A stretch of 64,000 nucleotides of DNA from Balanoglossus misakiensis (taxonomy: Eukaryota > Animalia > Hemichordata): positions 20,197,028-20,261,027 of the forward strand of contig CM082576.2 of NCBI GenBank assembly GCA_040954595.2, written 5' to 3'. Made by a program: the position numbers and the translations under genes. The first letter of the stretch is position 1, and every line of letters starts with the position of its first letter. This document shows positions 1 to 12,000 of the stretch, piece by piece. Under the pieces are notes generated by a model, which saw only the letters and a list, made by a program, of their open reading frames with translations, had not been told where the DNA came from and did not search any database.

Positions 1-10
1 TGGTAGGACA

Positions 11-3000
11 ATGAGCAGGATGAAGCCAGTAGCGAGAAGGGCTATTGCAACCCTACGCGCTCGTGAACAGTTCTATGGACCATACGGAAACATGGGAGTA
101 GTGCGAGCGGCAGTAAGCGAACGGGTGACACTGGAGCCACGTACTGCACATACCATTCGAGGGAGCATGAAGGCTGGTCCCAAAGGAGAGAAACATGAAG
201 TGCTGTTAGGTGATGACTGTGACTGGAATGAACACAAAGGATGGACTCTGAACCCTATGGTGACGATCGCTGAGTGTGGGAAACGCTCGTCAGCCGTGCC
301 TGTGGTAATAAAAAATGAAACTGACAAACCCATCGTCATCAAGCCGAGACAGGTTGTTGCTACAGTGAAGGCGGTACGAGGAATAGAAGTGCAGCCGCGA
401 AGGGACACCAAGGATAATGGAATTCACGACAAACCTTTGGAAGCGAGAGAGGTGACGGTTGGAGGATTGTCCTTTGATGTGACCGGTTCACCGGTTGACC
501 AGGATCAGATGATAAAGATACAGGATGTTCTGGAACGTAACATTGGATCATTTTCGACCAGTGACGGCGACCTAGGAAGATGTACGATCCACAAACATCA
601 GATCAACTTGAAAGATGAACGTCCAGTCAAACAACCGTATCGTCGGATTCCTCCAGCTTTATATGACGAGATCCGAGTGCAGATAGGAGGAATGTTGGAC
701 AATGGGGTGATACGACCATCAAAAAGTCCTTGGTCTTCTCCTCTCGTCCTTGTGGCAAAGAAAGACGGAACCACTCGTATATGTGTAGATTATAGACGTC
801 TGAATGCGCAGACGACTCCTGACGCGTATGCTCTACCTCGTATTGAGGAGGGACTGGATGTTTTGAGTGGCGCGAAATGGTTTACATCGATCGACTTAAA
901 AAGTGGATTTTGGCAAATAGCTATGTCGGAGAAGGACATCCCAAAGACAGCGTTTGCCACCCCATTCGGTTTCTACGAATTTGTTGTAATGCCCTTCGGA
1001 CTCATGAACGCCGGAGCTACATGTCAACGCGTCGTGGAACAATGTATAGGAGATTACAACATGAGGATTTGCATGGTCTACATGGATGATGTGATTATCT
1101 TTTCTGAAACATTCGAGGAACATGTGGACCGAGTTGACAAGGTTCTCAAGCGACTACGAGAATGTGACTTGAAGATAAAACATACCAAGTGTCAGCTTTT
1201 TCGCGAAAAGATAAAGTACTTGGGACATGTAGTGTCGTCAAATGGAGTTGAGACCGACCCCGACAAGACGGAGGCATTGAGGACATGGCCAGTACCCACC
1301 AACGTGAAAGAGCTGAGGACATTCTTAGGATTTACGGGGTATTACCGTAGATTCGTACAGGGATACTCATCGATTGCCCGACCATTGCACGCTTTGACCG
1401 TAGGTTACCCAACGAAGAGGAAAAATGGGGGAGAAAGGAAACGACCACCCCCATACCAGTGGACAGATGCGTGCCAGGAAGCCTTCGAGCTGATCATTGA
1501 CAAGCTGACTTCAGCTCCGGTTTTGGCCTACGCCGACTATACGCGACCGTTTGAGCTTCACACAGACGCGAGCTTGACAGGACTAGGAGCTGCCTTATAC
1601 CAGTCAATCGAAGAGGCAGATGGACGAGAAAGACTGCGACCAGTTGCGTATGCCAGCCGGAGCCTCACTGCCAGTGAGAAGAACTACCCGGCCCACAAGC
1701 TGGAATTTCTGGCTTTGAAATGGTCTGTTACGGAAAAGTTTCGTGATTACTGCTTTGGCAATGATGTCACGGTATTGACCGACAATAATCCACTGACATA
1801 CGTAGCAAGTACAGCGAAACTTGATGCGACAGGACAGAGGTGGTGGAATGCTTTATCTCAGTATAAATTGAAGATTCACTACCGACCCGGCCTAAGGAAT
1901 GGTGATGCGGACGGGCTCTCGCGACGACCCGATGGCAGAGCTCAAGGATTTGATGAGTCTGAGAGACGTTTCCAGGAAACTGTAGCGATGACTCCTGATG
2001 AGGTGCAGGCAGTGGGGGAGCCATGTTTGTCTGATGGAGATGAAGATACACCATGGATTGAAGCCTTAGCTGCCTCAGCACGAGCGATACCAAAGGACAT
2101 GGATGAACCGCCGGGGATGCCAGGAGAAGCAACATTACCTACGATTGCGATGGACCAATGGGCGAAGTTACAGGACAGGGATGTGACCGTACGGCGCATA
2201 CGAGCCTTGGTTCACGCGAAGACTGGGGGTAAAGGTAAACTGACAAGGACACAGCGAGCACAGGAACCGCGAGAAGTCAGAATGGCACTGAGAGATTGGA
2301 GTAAGTTCTGTTTCCGTGATGATGTTTTGTATAGAGCGAGGACATCATCTAGTGGAGAGGTCTACTACCAATTGGTGCTACCACACGAGTTTCGCCAGGA
2401 GGCAATGAAAGGGGTGCACGACGACTGTGGACACCTGGGACAGGATCGAGCGATTGATTTATTGAGGGCTAGGTTTTATTGGCCTCTTATGTCAGCTGAT
2501 ATGAAGAAATACATTCGTACATGCAGGAGATGTACTCGAAGGAAGGACGAGGCGGGATTAAAGACACGTGCTCCGATGGTGAGTATTGAAACTTCACAGC
2601 CCCTCGAACTTCTATGCATGGATTTCTTGAGCCTTGAAGAGAGTAAAGGAGGGACCAAAGACCTGTTGGTAATTACTGATCACTTCTCGAAGTTTGCTGT
2701 AGCCATACCTACACCGAACCAGACCACGAAAACGACAGCCAAGAACCTATGGGAACACTTCATGCTACCATATGGATGTCCGGAACGAATCCTGTCTGAT
2801 CGTGGTCGGAATTTTGAGTCGCGAGTGATACAGGAATTGTGCCAGTTACTAGACATCAAAAAGTCACGTACCACGCCATACCATCCCCAAGGAAACGCTC
2901 AGACTGAAAGATTCAACTGTACTCTCCTTAATATGTTGGGTACGCTCGAGAACGAGCAGAAGGCTAGATGGAAGGATTATGTGAAGCCGTTGGTACATGC

Positions 3001-4291
3001 GTACAACTGCACTGTTCATGACACGACGGGTTTTACACCTTACCACTTGTTGTTCGGAAGACATGCGAAGATAGCACTGGATGTGCGATTCGGAACGTCA
3101 CCAGAAAGCAGGGATCCTACGACGCCGACAAAGTATATCGCCGACTTGAGATCCAGGATGGACAAAGTATTTCAGATTGCGAAACGAGCTGCAGAGAAGT
3201 CAGCCCAAGTGAGTAAAGAGCGCTATGACCAGAAAGTTAGAGAGGTGGTGCTTAAAGAAGGTGATCGAGTGTTACGCAGGAACGTGAGTATACGAGGTCA
3301 ACACAAGATCGCCGATCGGTGGGAGGAAAGTCCATATGTTGTGGTGAGAAGGCTGAGTCCTGATTTGCCAGTATATGTTATACGTTCAACGAAAACCTCG
3401 AAGACACAGACGGTCCACAGAAATTTGCTGAAACCTTGCTGTGATCGACCGCTGTTGAGTTATACAGAAGACGAAATGAGTGAACGCTCTCAGGATAGGG
3501 CCATTCCTGAGAGTACGGAGTCGGAACGAAGTTCATCCTCACAGAGTGAACGAGGCTATGTGCTCAATCCTGAATCGCGACCCTTTAGGCCTGGGAGAGT
3601 TAGACTTGTGCGCTTAGAAGGTACAACTGAAGTTACCCTTAATTCTATGGACAGAAGCGACAACGATGCATGTGTGAGCGTGGAGCAAGATTCTCCTGAA
3701 CCGAGCATGATGGATATGAGCGATTCTTCAGGGCAGGTGCAAAGCCCTGATGATCCTGTAACAGGCTTGCGTGCAGATAGTATAGACGTATCGTCTGCTG
3801 GGAAGTCCGATGGAATTGCTGACAGAGCAGAAGTGACACATCAAAATATTCCTCTGAGTGATGTAGGTGTGAATATCACTGATGCGTCGATTAGTAGTGG
3901 AAATGTAGGAACTAGGAAAGAGACTATGGGGAAGGAGCAACCATCGATTGTGGGAAGTGACTTAGCTGATACCCATGGTGATTGTTCTGACGCTGACGAG
4001 GAGTCGTCGATTGCCGAGGAAGGAGGAAGTGTGGTCCGACCTATGCGTCGATCAACGAGAACTCGAAGACCACCCAAGTACTATGGATGGTGCTCACGAT
4101 TGGTCAAACGTGACAAAGGTGGTAGAAGCACTTTGAGGAATTCTAGTATTGGGAAGAGGCCATCTTTTGATTTACCGAGGATTGATCATGAGGATGAAGT
4201 TTCTCATGGAAGACTGACCTCGTCGAATAGCAGAAACCACGACATAACCATGAAAATACTCGAAATGATGGCCAGTGGAATATACATGTAA
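11..4291 (+). CDS. pol: Gypsy Pol polyprotein (RT, RNase H, integrase); the frame is open upstream, so the N-terminus is probably outside the window
   Basis: 1426 aa without stops. RT motifs SPWSSP, CVDYRRLN, MPFGLMNA, YMDD; RNase H TDAS...ELEFLA-like and TDNNPL; integrase HHCC (HDDCGH...CRRC) and D,D(35)E (MDF...SDRG...QTERFN); GPY/F-like ESPY; acidic low-complexity tail with RRSTRTRRPP. Confidence 0.95.
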   Translation: MSRMKPVARRAIATLRAREQFYGPYGNMGVVRAAVSERVTLEPRTAHTIRGSMKAGPKGEKHEVLLGDDCDWNEHKGWTLNPMVTIAECGKRSSAVPVVIKNETDKPIVIKPRQVVATVKAVRGIEVQPRRDTKDNGIHDKPLEAREVTVGGLSFDVTGSPVDQDQMIKIQDVLERNIGSFSTSDGDLGRCTIHKHQINLKDERPVKQPYRRIPPALYDEIRVQIGGMLDNGVIRPSKSPWSSPLVLVAKKDGTTRICVDYRRLNAQTTPDAYALPRIEEGLDVLSGAKWFTSIDLKSGFWQIAMSEKDIPKTAFATPFGFYEFVVMPFGLMNAGATCQRVVEQCIGDYNMRICMVYMDDVIIFSETFEEHVDRVDKVLKRLRECDLKIKHTKCQLFREKIKYLGHVVSSNGVETDPDKTEALRTWPVPTNVKELRTFLGFTGYYRRFVQGYSSIARPLHALTVGYPTKRKNGGERKRPPPYQWTDACQEAFELIIDKLTSAPVLAYADYTRPFELHTDASLTGLGAALYQSIEEADGRERLRPVAYASRSLTASEKNYPAHKLEFLALKWSVTEKFRDYCFGNDVTVLTDNNPLTYVASTAKLDATGQRWWNALSQYKLKIHYRPGLRNGDADGLSRRPDGRAQGFDESERRFQETVAMTPDEVQAVGEPCLSDGDEDTPWIEALAASARAIPKDMDEPPGMPGEATLPTIAMDQWAKLQDRDVTVRRIRALVHAKTGGKGKLTRTQRAQEPREVRMALRDWSKFCFRDDVLYRARTSSSGEVYYQLVLPHEFRQEAMKGVHDDCGHLGQDRAIDLLRARFYWPLMSADMKKYIRTCRRCTRRKDEAGLKTRAPMVSIETSQPLELLCMDFLSLEESKGGTKDLLVITDHFSKFAVAIPTPNQTTKTTAKNLWEHFMLPYGCPERILSDRGRNFESRVIQELCQLLDIKKSRTTPYHPQGNAQTERFNCTLLNMLGTLENEQKARWKDYVKPLVHAYNCTVHDTTGFTPYHLLFGRHAKIALDVRFGTSPESRDPTTPTKYIADLRSRMDKVFQIAKRAAEKSAQVSKERYDQKVREVVLKEGDRVLRRNVSIRGQHKIADRWEESPYVVVRRLSPDLPVYVIRSTKTSKTQTVHRNLLKPCCDRPLLSYTEDEMSERSQDRAIPESTESERSSSSQSERGYVLNPESRPFRPGRVRLVRLEGTTEVTLNSMDRSDNDACVSVEQDSPEPSMMDMSDSSGQVQSPDDPVTGLRADSIDVSSAGKSDGIADRAEVTHQNIPLSDVGVNITDASISSGNVGTRKETMGKEQPSIVGSDLADTHGDCSDADEESSIAEEGGSVVRPMRRSTRTRRPPKYYGWCSRLVKRDKGGRSTLRNSSIGKRPSFDLPRIDHEDEVSHGRLTSSNSRNHDITMKILEMMASGIYM

Positions 4292-4775
4292 GTATAGGGA
4301 ATGTGGATGTAGGGGTGTACGCTGGATTCACATTAGCTATTCTTGACTGTATCTGATACGTGCTTAATGCCAGGTAAGTAAGGGTGCGGTTCGAAGGTTG
4401 CTTTGTGTACCTTTGCAGATTTGCTATTTAGATTAGCCGCGTCATAGGGTCCTGCGCCTCCTGCGTTGCCCAGCGAACTCTGCGCGCTTACCTTTTTCTG
4501 ATTACTCTTTCAGGTTCACTGATCGAGACTCTGCCTACCCTACTGCAACAGGATTGTGTAGCTTGTTTCATCGAAAGTGCATCTGAGGATGACTCGAGTC
4601 ACTCGTTTTACAGGCACGATGCCTATGCCGACGAGAATGTTTCGATATTGAGTCTCGTTGATGTAGTGTTTGTATTTACGCTCATGTTCTGTGTTTCATT
4701 GTCGAACGAAGGCAAACTTATTGAGCTTGTTTTTTGTCGGGAAGTAAGCATAGTAAATCGTCCCTATGCTGACTT

Positions 4776-4784
4776 GGGGCAGTG
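4776..4784 (+). other. Putative polypurine tract of the Gypsy element
   Basis: GGGGCAGTG immediately before the inferred LTR start TGATACC. Confidence 0.5.
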
Positions 4785-6160
4785 TGATACCATTGAATTT
4801 GCACCCCTCAGAGCATAGTGGAATGACCCCGCCTATATCGTATATTTGATACATTTTTGATTACTGACTTTACCTGTTTATTGTGATTACGCAATTGAAG
4901 TAGTCCGCAGGTGTTGACTGTATTTCTTGTGAGGTATTCGATTTCGAGTTATGATGTTTCTGTATGAAAGCTCTTTTATTGTTATTGATCGAATATTTGC
5001 TACTGTAAAGTTGAATTTGTTCCGTCCAGGCAGTACCGCGTGTATTCAGTCAAAGGTTTGGCGGGTGTAATACGGCGATGAACTAGTGAGTAAAAAGGGA
5101 ACTTTTTAATATGGCCGTTGTCCGATTGTATTGACGAGAGTGGAATCTCCACAAAAATCCGAACCATCGGCAGAATCGTACGGCGAAATTGCATCTTGAA
5201 TGGGAATCGAGGAGAGCCGGATGTTAACTAACATTATTTGAGCTAGTCTTCGTGAGATCCCTACGTAAGAAGCATTTCATCGACTATTTCGAACGACAGG
5301 TCTGCTGTACCTGAACGAACCATTGTTATTGTCACGCTGATTACTGAGACACCGATCGCCGAGATCCAACGATTACGGGTACTCGCGCAGGTTTCTCAAC
5401 GTCGATGCTTCACGAACTGAAAGCTGATGTAAGTACGATCTCATTAACGCTAATCATGTAAAATCGGACTGGATTTGATAAACTTACGGCCTTTCTAGGT
5501 TCTTCGAACCACGGCGTGTGGGGAATGCAATGAGCCGCATTGTTTGACCCCCAACGTCTACAAACTTTGAACGAATCATATACGAGCAGGAACACTCGAC
5601 CCTACGATCGATTTGCCGATCACGGAACTGATCAGCGCTTCGTCATCAAGCTCCGCTTTACGCCTGGATACACTCGGAGCGTTTGCGACGAGCGAACTTT
5701 GAGATATTTGCATTGATTGTTAGAGGATTCTCTTCGTTGGATTTTGGAAGCGGATCGACGCGACTGTTGAGTGCGGGACAGCGCCCTCATCGCCAGAACT
5801 CGATTGTGCGTCACGTTCGTTTATAAACTGTTGAACTTTGACCGGACTCGCGGCAGGTTGTGCCACGCCAGTTTTCTTCAGGAAGGTGTTACTTGTTAAT
5901 GAAACAGGTTTTGATAGAGCTCTTGTTACATCTCTGATGTTGATAGACTTACTATTAATTATACTTCTTTCATTGGATATAAAGTGTCTTTGTGTCATTT
6001 TGTCCACACCCCCTTCACTCGCCCTGTGTTCCCAAAGCTACCGCAATCACCACGAATCCTACGACCCAACTCACATGAACGAAACTTGTTGATTACCCTT
6101 GTCGAGTTTGCTCACGCCCAGCTAGCCCATCGTTTTTATTGGAATTTTGCAAGGGTAACA
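4785..6160 (+). repeat. Gypsy 3' LTR (~1376 bp)
   Basis: Starts TGATACC and ends GGTAACA (6/7 inverted match). The right end is fixed by the satellite junction; the left end is inferred because no second LTR is in the window. Confidence 0.7.
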
Positions 6161-6439
6161 CTAACATACGCTAGTATCTGTCATATTGTGACGGAGATTT
6201 AGCCGAGCCAGGCCGTAGAAAAATCGACTTGTTCAACGTTACCAGTGTGCAACTGTTTCTGCTCTAGAGTGTCAGGGTTTTAGCCGACTTATGCTGTAGG
6301 AAATCTGAGTTGATGAACGGGAATTCAATGTTAGAAAACCCGTGTGGAAAGTATCTCTACCCGTTTGAATCTAAGAAAAGAATTTATTCTTATTTAATTT
6401 GTAAAAAAGACAATTTTTCGAAAAAAAGTCGAAAATGGA

Positions 6440-7215
6440 AATTTTGTCTTGGGTGATTCAAATTATACCGCCTTTTCTGGAATTTGCAGCACTTTTTACA
6501 AGAGAACGACACTTCATGCTCCATAATATTTCCGAAAATGAAGAAAAGAGTTAATTTTTTATGATTTTTTAAAAATTTACCATTTTTGTCAAAATATGGC
6601 CAAAATGGCTATTTTTTATTGAATTCCATCAATATCTCTGCATTTTTGGAGTGGTCGAAAGTTTTAACATACAATCAACATGTCATATATGATCAGGGCA
6701 CCAAATTCGAAGAACAAAGGTTTTTTTGTTTTTTTTTTCTAAAAATGACATTTTCAAGGAAAATTTGGTAAAACGCAATTTTGTCTGTAGTGAGCAACAT
6801 TAGACGATCTTCTGTGGAATTTGTATCGATATATACATACGAAGAGCATTCTATACTCCATCAGATTTCCGAAAATATAGAAAACAGGTATTTTTTGTAA
6901 TTTTCAAAAATTTACCATTTTGACCAAATTATGGCTAAAATTGTTATTTTCGTGTTGAATGCCGCCAGTGTCACTGCTTTTAAAAGTCATAAAAACTTTT
7001 AACATACAAGCAATTGTTTATATATGATCAGGTCACCGAATTAAAAAAAATAAAGAATGTTTTGCCTAAAAATGACCTTTTTGGTGCAAAAACGAATAAA
7101 ACGCAATTTTGTATTAAATCAGCTCATTCAGAGTGCATTTTTTATAATCAGCACCATTTTTACATATAATGGAAATTTCATACATCATCAGATATCCAAA
7201 TATGAAAAAATGATT
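6440..7215. repeat. Diverged ~330-bp internal repeats (about 2.4 copies) in the AT-rich part of each satellite unit (first unit shown)
   Basis: aattttgt recurs at ~6440, ~6777 and ~7104. Paralogous blocks recur between copies: atttccgaaaat, aaaaatttaccatttt, ttttaacatacaa, tatatgatcagg, ctaaaaatgac. Confidence 0.8.
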
Positions 7216-7528
7216 TAGATTTTAGATGATTGTCCAAAATTAGCTGATATCTAATAAATGTAGTATTGAAGCGGTCTGTTCCCCCCCCTACATTATATGC
7301 GGTACGCCGATGTCAGCTTACCCGGCAGTACTGCAGGCCGGGCCCCCAACTAACGTCGGTGTTTGAAACGCCCTGGTTAAATTCGGGCTTTCTCTATAAA
7401 TTGACAGGCAATAATGCAGTCCTACCCGAACAAATGTCGAGTGTTGACCCGCTGTGACTTTCCCTCTTCGGTTTGCCAGACTTAGCCAACGTCTTTGTAC
7501 TAGAGTGTCGGGTCTTTTGCAGAGCCAG

Positions 7529-9010
7529 GCCGAAGGAAATCCGACTTGATCACCGTTGATAACGAACGCTAGTGTCTGTCATGGTGTGCCGGGGTTTTAG
7601 TCGAGCCAGGCCGTAGGAGATCTGACTTGATCATCGTGGTCAATGTACGCGTGTTTCCGCTCTAAAGTGCCGGGGCTTCAGCTAAACCAGGCCGTAGGAA
7701 ATCCGACGTAATCACCGTTGATAACTTACGCCAGTCTGTGTCATATAGAGCCGGTTCACCAGCCGAGCCAGGCCGAAGGAAATGTGAGTAGATCAATGTG
7801 GTCTCTGTACGCGTGTTTCTGCTCTAGAGTGCCAGGGATTTAGCCAAGCCATACCGTAGGAAATCTGACTTGATCAACGTTGCTAACGAACGCTAGTGTA
7901 TGTCATAGTGTGCCGGGGTTTTAGTCGAGCCAAGCCGTAGGAGATCAGACTTGATCAACGTGGTCAATGTACGCCTGTTTCTGCTCTAGAGTGCCGGGGC
8001 TTCAGCTGAGCCAGGCCGTAGGAAACCCGACGTGATTACCGTTGTTAACTTACGCCAGTCTGTGTCCTTTATATAGTGCCGGGGCATCAGCCGTGCCAGG
8101 CCGAAGGAAATGTGAGTAGATCAACGTGGTCTCTGTACGCGTGTTTCTGCTCTAGAGTGCCAGGGCTTTAGCCAAGCCATGCCGTAGGAAATCTGACTTG
8201 ATCAACGTTGCTAACGAACGCTAGTGTCTGTCATAGTGTGCCGGGGTTTTAGTCGAGCCAAGCCGTAGGAGATCAGACTTGATCAACGTGGTCTCTGTAC
8301 GCGTGTTTCCGCTCTAAATTGCCGGGGCTTCAGCTAAACCAGGCCGTAGGAAATCCGACGGAATAACCGTTGATAACTTACGCCAGTCTGTGTCATATAG
8401 AGCCGGTGCACCAGCCGAGTCACGCCATAGGAAATCTGACTTGATCAACGTGGTCAATGTACGCTTGTTTCTGCTCTAGAGTGCCGGGGCGTCAGCTGAG
8501 CCAGGCCGTAGGAAACCCGACGTGATTACCGTTGTTAACTTACGCCAGTCTGTGTCCTATATATAGTGCCGGGGCATCAGCCGTGCCAGGCCGAAGGAAA
8601 TGTGAGTAGATCAACGTGGTCTCTGTACGCGTGTTTCTGCTCTAGAGTGCCAGGGCTTTAGCCAAGCCATGCCGTAGGAAATCTGACTTGATCAACGTTG
8701 CTAACGAACGCTAGTGTCTGTCATAGTGTGCCGGGGTTTTAGTCGAGCCAAGCCGTAGGAGATCAGACTTGATCAACGTGGTCTCTGTACGCGTGTTTCC
8801 GCTCTAAATTGCCGGGGCTTCAGCTAAACCAGGCCGTAGGAAATCTGACTTGATCACCGTTGCTAACGTACGCTAGTGTCTGTCATATTGTGACGGAGAT
8901 TTAGCCGAGCAAGGCCGTAGAAAAATCGACTTGTTCAACGTTACCAGTGTGCAACTGTTTCTGCTCTTGAGTGTCAGGGTTTTAGCCGACTTATGCTGTA
9001 GGAAATCTGA
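7529..9010. repeat. 81-bp minisatellite array of alternating A/B monomers (162-bp dimer); a similar array sits in every unit
   Basis: gccg(t/a)agga recurs at 7529, 7610, 7691 and onward (period 81). Type A (cgttgctaacgaacgctagtgtctgtcat) alternates with type B (cgtggtc..tgtacgcgtgtttctgctctagagtg). Confidence 0.93.
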
Positions 9011-12000
9011 GTTGATGAACGCGAATTCAATGTTAGAAAACCGTGTGGAAAGTATCTCTACCCGTTTGAAACTAAGAAAAGAATTTATTCTTATTTATTT
9101 TGTAAAAAAGACAATTTTTCGAAAAAAAGTCGAAAATGCTTATTTTGTCTTGGGTGATTCAAATTATACCGCCTTTTCTGGAATTTGCAGCACTTTTTAC
9201 AAGAGAACGACACTTCATGCTCCATAATATTTCCGAAAATGAAGAAAAGAGTTAATTGTTTATGATTTTTTAAAAATTTACCATTTTTGTCAAAATATGG
9301 CCAAAATGGCCATTTTTTCTTGAATTCCGTCAATATCTCTGCATTTTGGAGTGGTCGAAAGTTTTAACATACAATCAACATGTCATATATGATCAGGGCA
9401 CCAAATTCGAAGAACAACGGTTTTTTTATTTTATTTTCTAAAAATGACATTTTCAAAGAAAATTTTGTAAAACGCAATTTTGTCTGCAGTGAGCCAAATT
9501 GGACGGTCTTTTGTGGAATTTGTATCGATATATACATACGAAGAGCATTCTATACTCCATCAGATTTCCGAAAATGTAGAAAACATGTATTTTTCGTAAT
9601 TTTCTAAAATTTACCATTTTGACCAAATTGTGGCTAAAATTGTTATTTTCGTGTTGAATGCCGCCAGTGTCACTTCTTTTAAAAGTCATAAAAACTTTTA
9701 ACATACAAGCAATTGTTTATATATGATCAGGTCACCGAATTAAATAAATAAAGAATGTTTTGCCTAAAAATGACCTTTTTGGTGCAAAAACGAATAAAAC
9801 GCAATTTTGTATTAAATCAGCTCATTCAGAGTGCATTTTTTATAATCAGCACCATTTTTACATATAATGGAAATTTCATACATCATCAGATATCCAAATA
9901 CGAAAAAATGATTTAGATTTTGATGATTGTCCAAAATTAGCTGATATCTAATAAATGTAGTATTGAACCGTTCTGTTTCCCCCCCCCCCTACATTATATG
10001 CGGTACGCCGATATCACCTTACCCGGCAGTACTGCAGGCCGTGCCCTCAACTAACGTCGGTGTTTGAAGCGCCCTGGTTAAATTCGCGCTTTCTCTATAA
10101 ATTGACAGGCAATAATGCAGTCCTACCCGAACAAATGTCGAGTGTTGACCCGCTGTGACTTTCCCTCTTCGGTTTGCCAGACTTAGCCAACGTCTTTGTA
10201 CTAGAGTGTCGGGTCTTTTGCAGAGCCAGGCCGAAGATAATCCGACTTGATCACCGTTGCTAACGAACGCTAGTGTCTGTCATGGTGTGCCGGAGTTTTA
10301 GTCGAGCCAGGCCGTAGGAGATCTGACTTGATCATCGTGGTCAATGTACACGTGTTTCCGCTCTAAAGCGCCGGGGCTTCAGCTAAACCAGGCCGTAGGA
10401 AATCCGACGTAATCACCGTTCATAACTTACGCCAGTCTGTGTCATATAGAGCCGGTGCACCAGCCGAGTCACGCCGTAGGAAATCTGACTTGATCAACGT
10501 GGTCAATGTACGCCTGTTTCTGCTCAAGAGTGCCGGGGCTTTATCCAAGCCCTGCCGTAGAAAATCTGACTTGATCACCGTTGCTAACGTACGCTAGTGT
10601 CTGTCATATTGTGAGTCAGACGGAGATTTAGCCGAGCCAGGCCGTAGAAAAATCGACTTGTTCAACGTTACCAGTGTGCAACTGTTTCTTCTCTAGAGTG
10701 TCAGGGTTTTAGCCGACTTATGCTGTAGGAAATCTGAGTTGATGAACGGGAATTCAATGTTAGAAAACCCGTGTGGAAAGTATCTCTACCCGTTTGAAAC
10801 TAAGAAAAGAATTTATTCTTATTTATTTTGTAAAAAAAACAATTTTTCGAAAAAAAGTCGAAAATGGTAATTTTGTCTTGGGTGATTCACATTATACTGC
10901 CTTTTCTGGAATTTGCAGCACTTTTTACAAGAGAACGACACTTCATGCTCCATAATATTTCCGAAAATGAAGAACAGAATTAATTTTTCATGATTTTTTA
11001 AAAATTCACCATGTTTGTCAAAATATGGCCAAAATGGCTATTTTTTCTTGAATTCCGTCAATATCTCTGCATATTTGGAGTGGTCGAAAGTTTTAACATA
11101 CAATCAACATGTCATATATGATCAGGGCACCAAATTCGAAGAACAAAGGTTTTTTTATTTATTTTTTTCTAAAAATGACATTTTCAAGGAAAATTTGGTA
11201 AAACGCAATTTTGTCTGCAGTGAGCCAAATTAGAATTTGTATCGATATATACATACGAAGAGCATTATATACTCCATCAGATTTCCGAAAATGTAGAAAA
11301 CAGGTATTTTTTGTAATTTTCAAAAATTTACCATTTTGACCAAATTGTGGATAAAATTGTTATTTTCGTATTGAATGCCGCCAGTGTCACTGCTTTTAAA
11401 AGTCATAAAAACTTTTAACAGACAAGCAATTGTTTATATATGATCAGGTCACCGAATTAAAAAAATAAAGACTGTTTTGCCTAAAAATAACCTTTTTGGT
11501 GCAAAAACGAATAAAACGCAATTTTGTATTAAATCAGAGTGTATATTTTATAATCAGCACCATTTTTACATATAATGGAAATTTCATACATCATCAGATA
11601 TCCAAATAATTTAGATTTTAGATGATTGTCCAAAATTAGCTGATATCTAATAAATGTAGTATTGAACCGTTCCACCCCCCCCCCCCTACATTATATGCGG
11701 TACGCCGATGTCAGCTTACCCGGCAGTACTGCAGGCCGTGCCCCCAACTAACGTCGGTGTTTGAAACGCCCTGGTTTAATTCGGGCTTTCTCTATAAATT
11801 GACAAGCAATAATGCAGTCCTAACCGAACAAATGTCGAGTGTTGACCCGCTGTGACTTTCCCTCTTCGGTTTGCCCGACTTAGCCAACGTCTTTGTACTA
11901 GAGTGTCGGGTCTTTTGCAGAGCCAGGCCGAAGGAAATCCGACTTGATCACCGTTGCTAACGAACGCTAGTGTCTGTCATGGTGTGCCGGGGTTTTAGTC

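Larger units (their letters stand above)
1..6160 (+). mobile_element. Ty3/Gypsy LTR retrotransposon, 3' part (5' end lies outside the window)
   Basis: pol ORF with RT-RNaseH-integrase order, then a non-coding stretch, a purine-rich tract and a TG...CA LTR ending at 6160. An 81-bp satellite monomer resumes mid-unit directly afterwards (ctaacatacgctagt). Confidence 0.93.

Noticed and set aside
4292-6202. env-like or antisense ORFs downstream of Gypsy pol
   Set aside because: Only ORFs under 100 aa with no recognisable motifs are present.
7290-7530. 5S rRNA, snRNA, tRNA or hammerhead ribozyme in the tandem unit
   Set aside because: I found no recognisable 5S or U-snRNA sequence, cloverleaf or CUGANGA/GAAA core on either strand by eye. 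An Infernal search would settle it.
7529-9010. 81-bp arrays as a CRISPR array or as a 27-aa protein repeat
   Set aside because: There are no unique spacers and no cas genes. A type-B monomer has stops in all six frames, and the ORF track shows no long ORF here.
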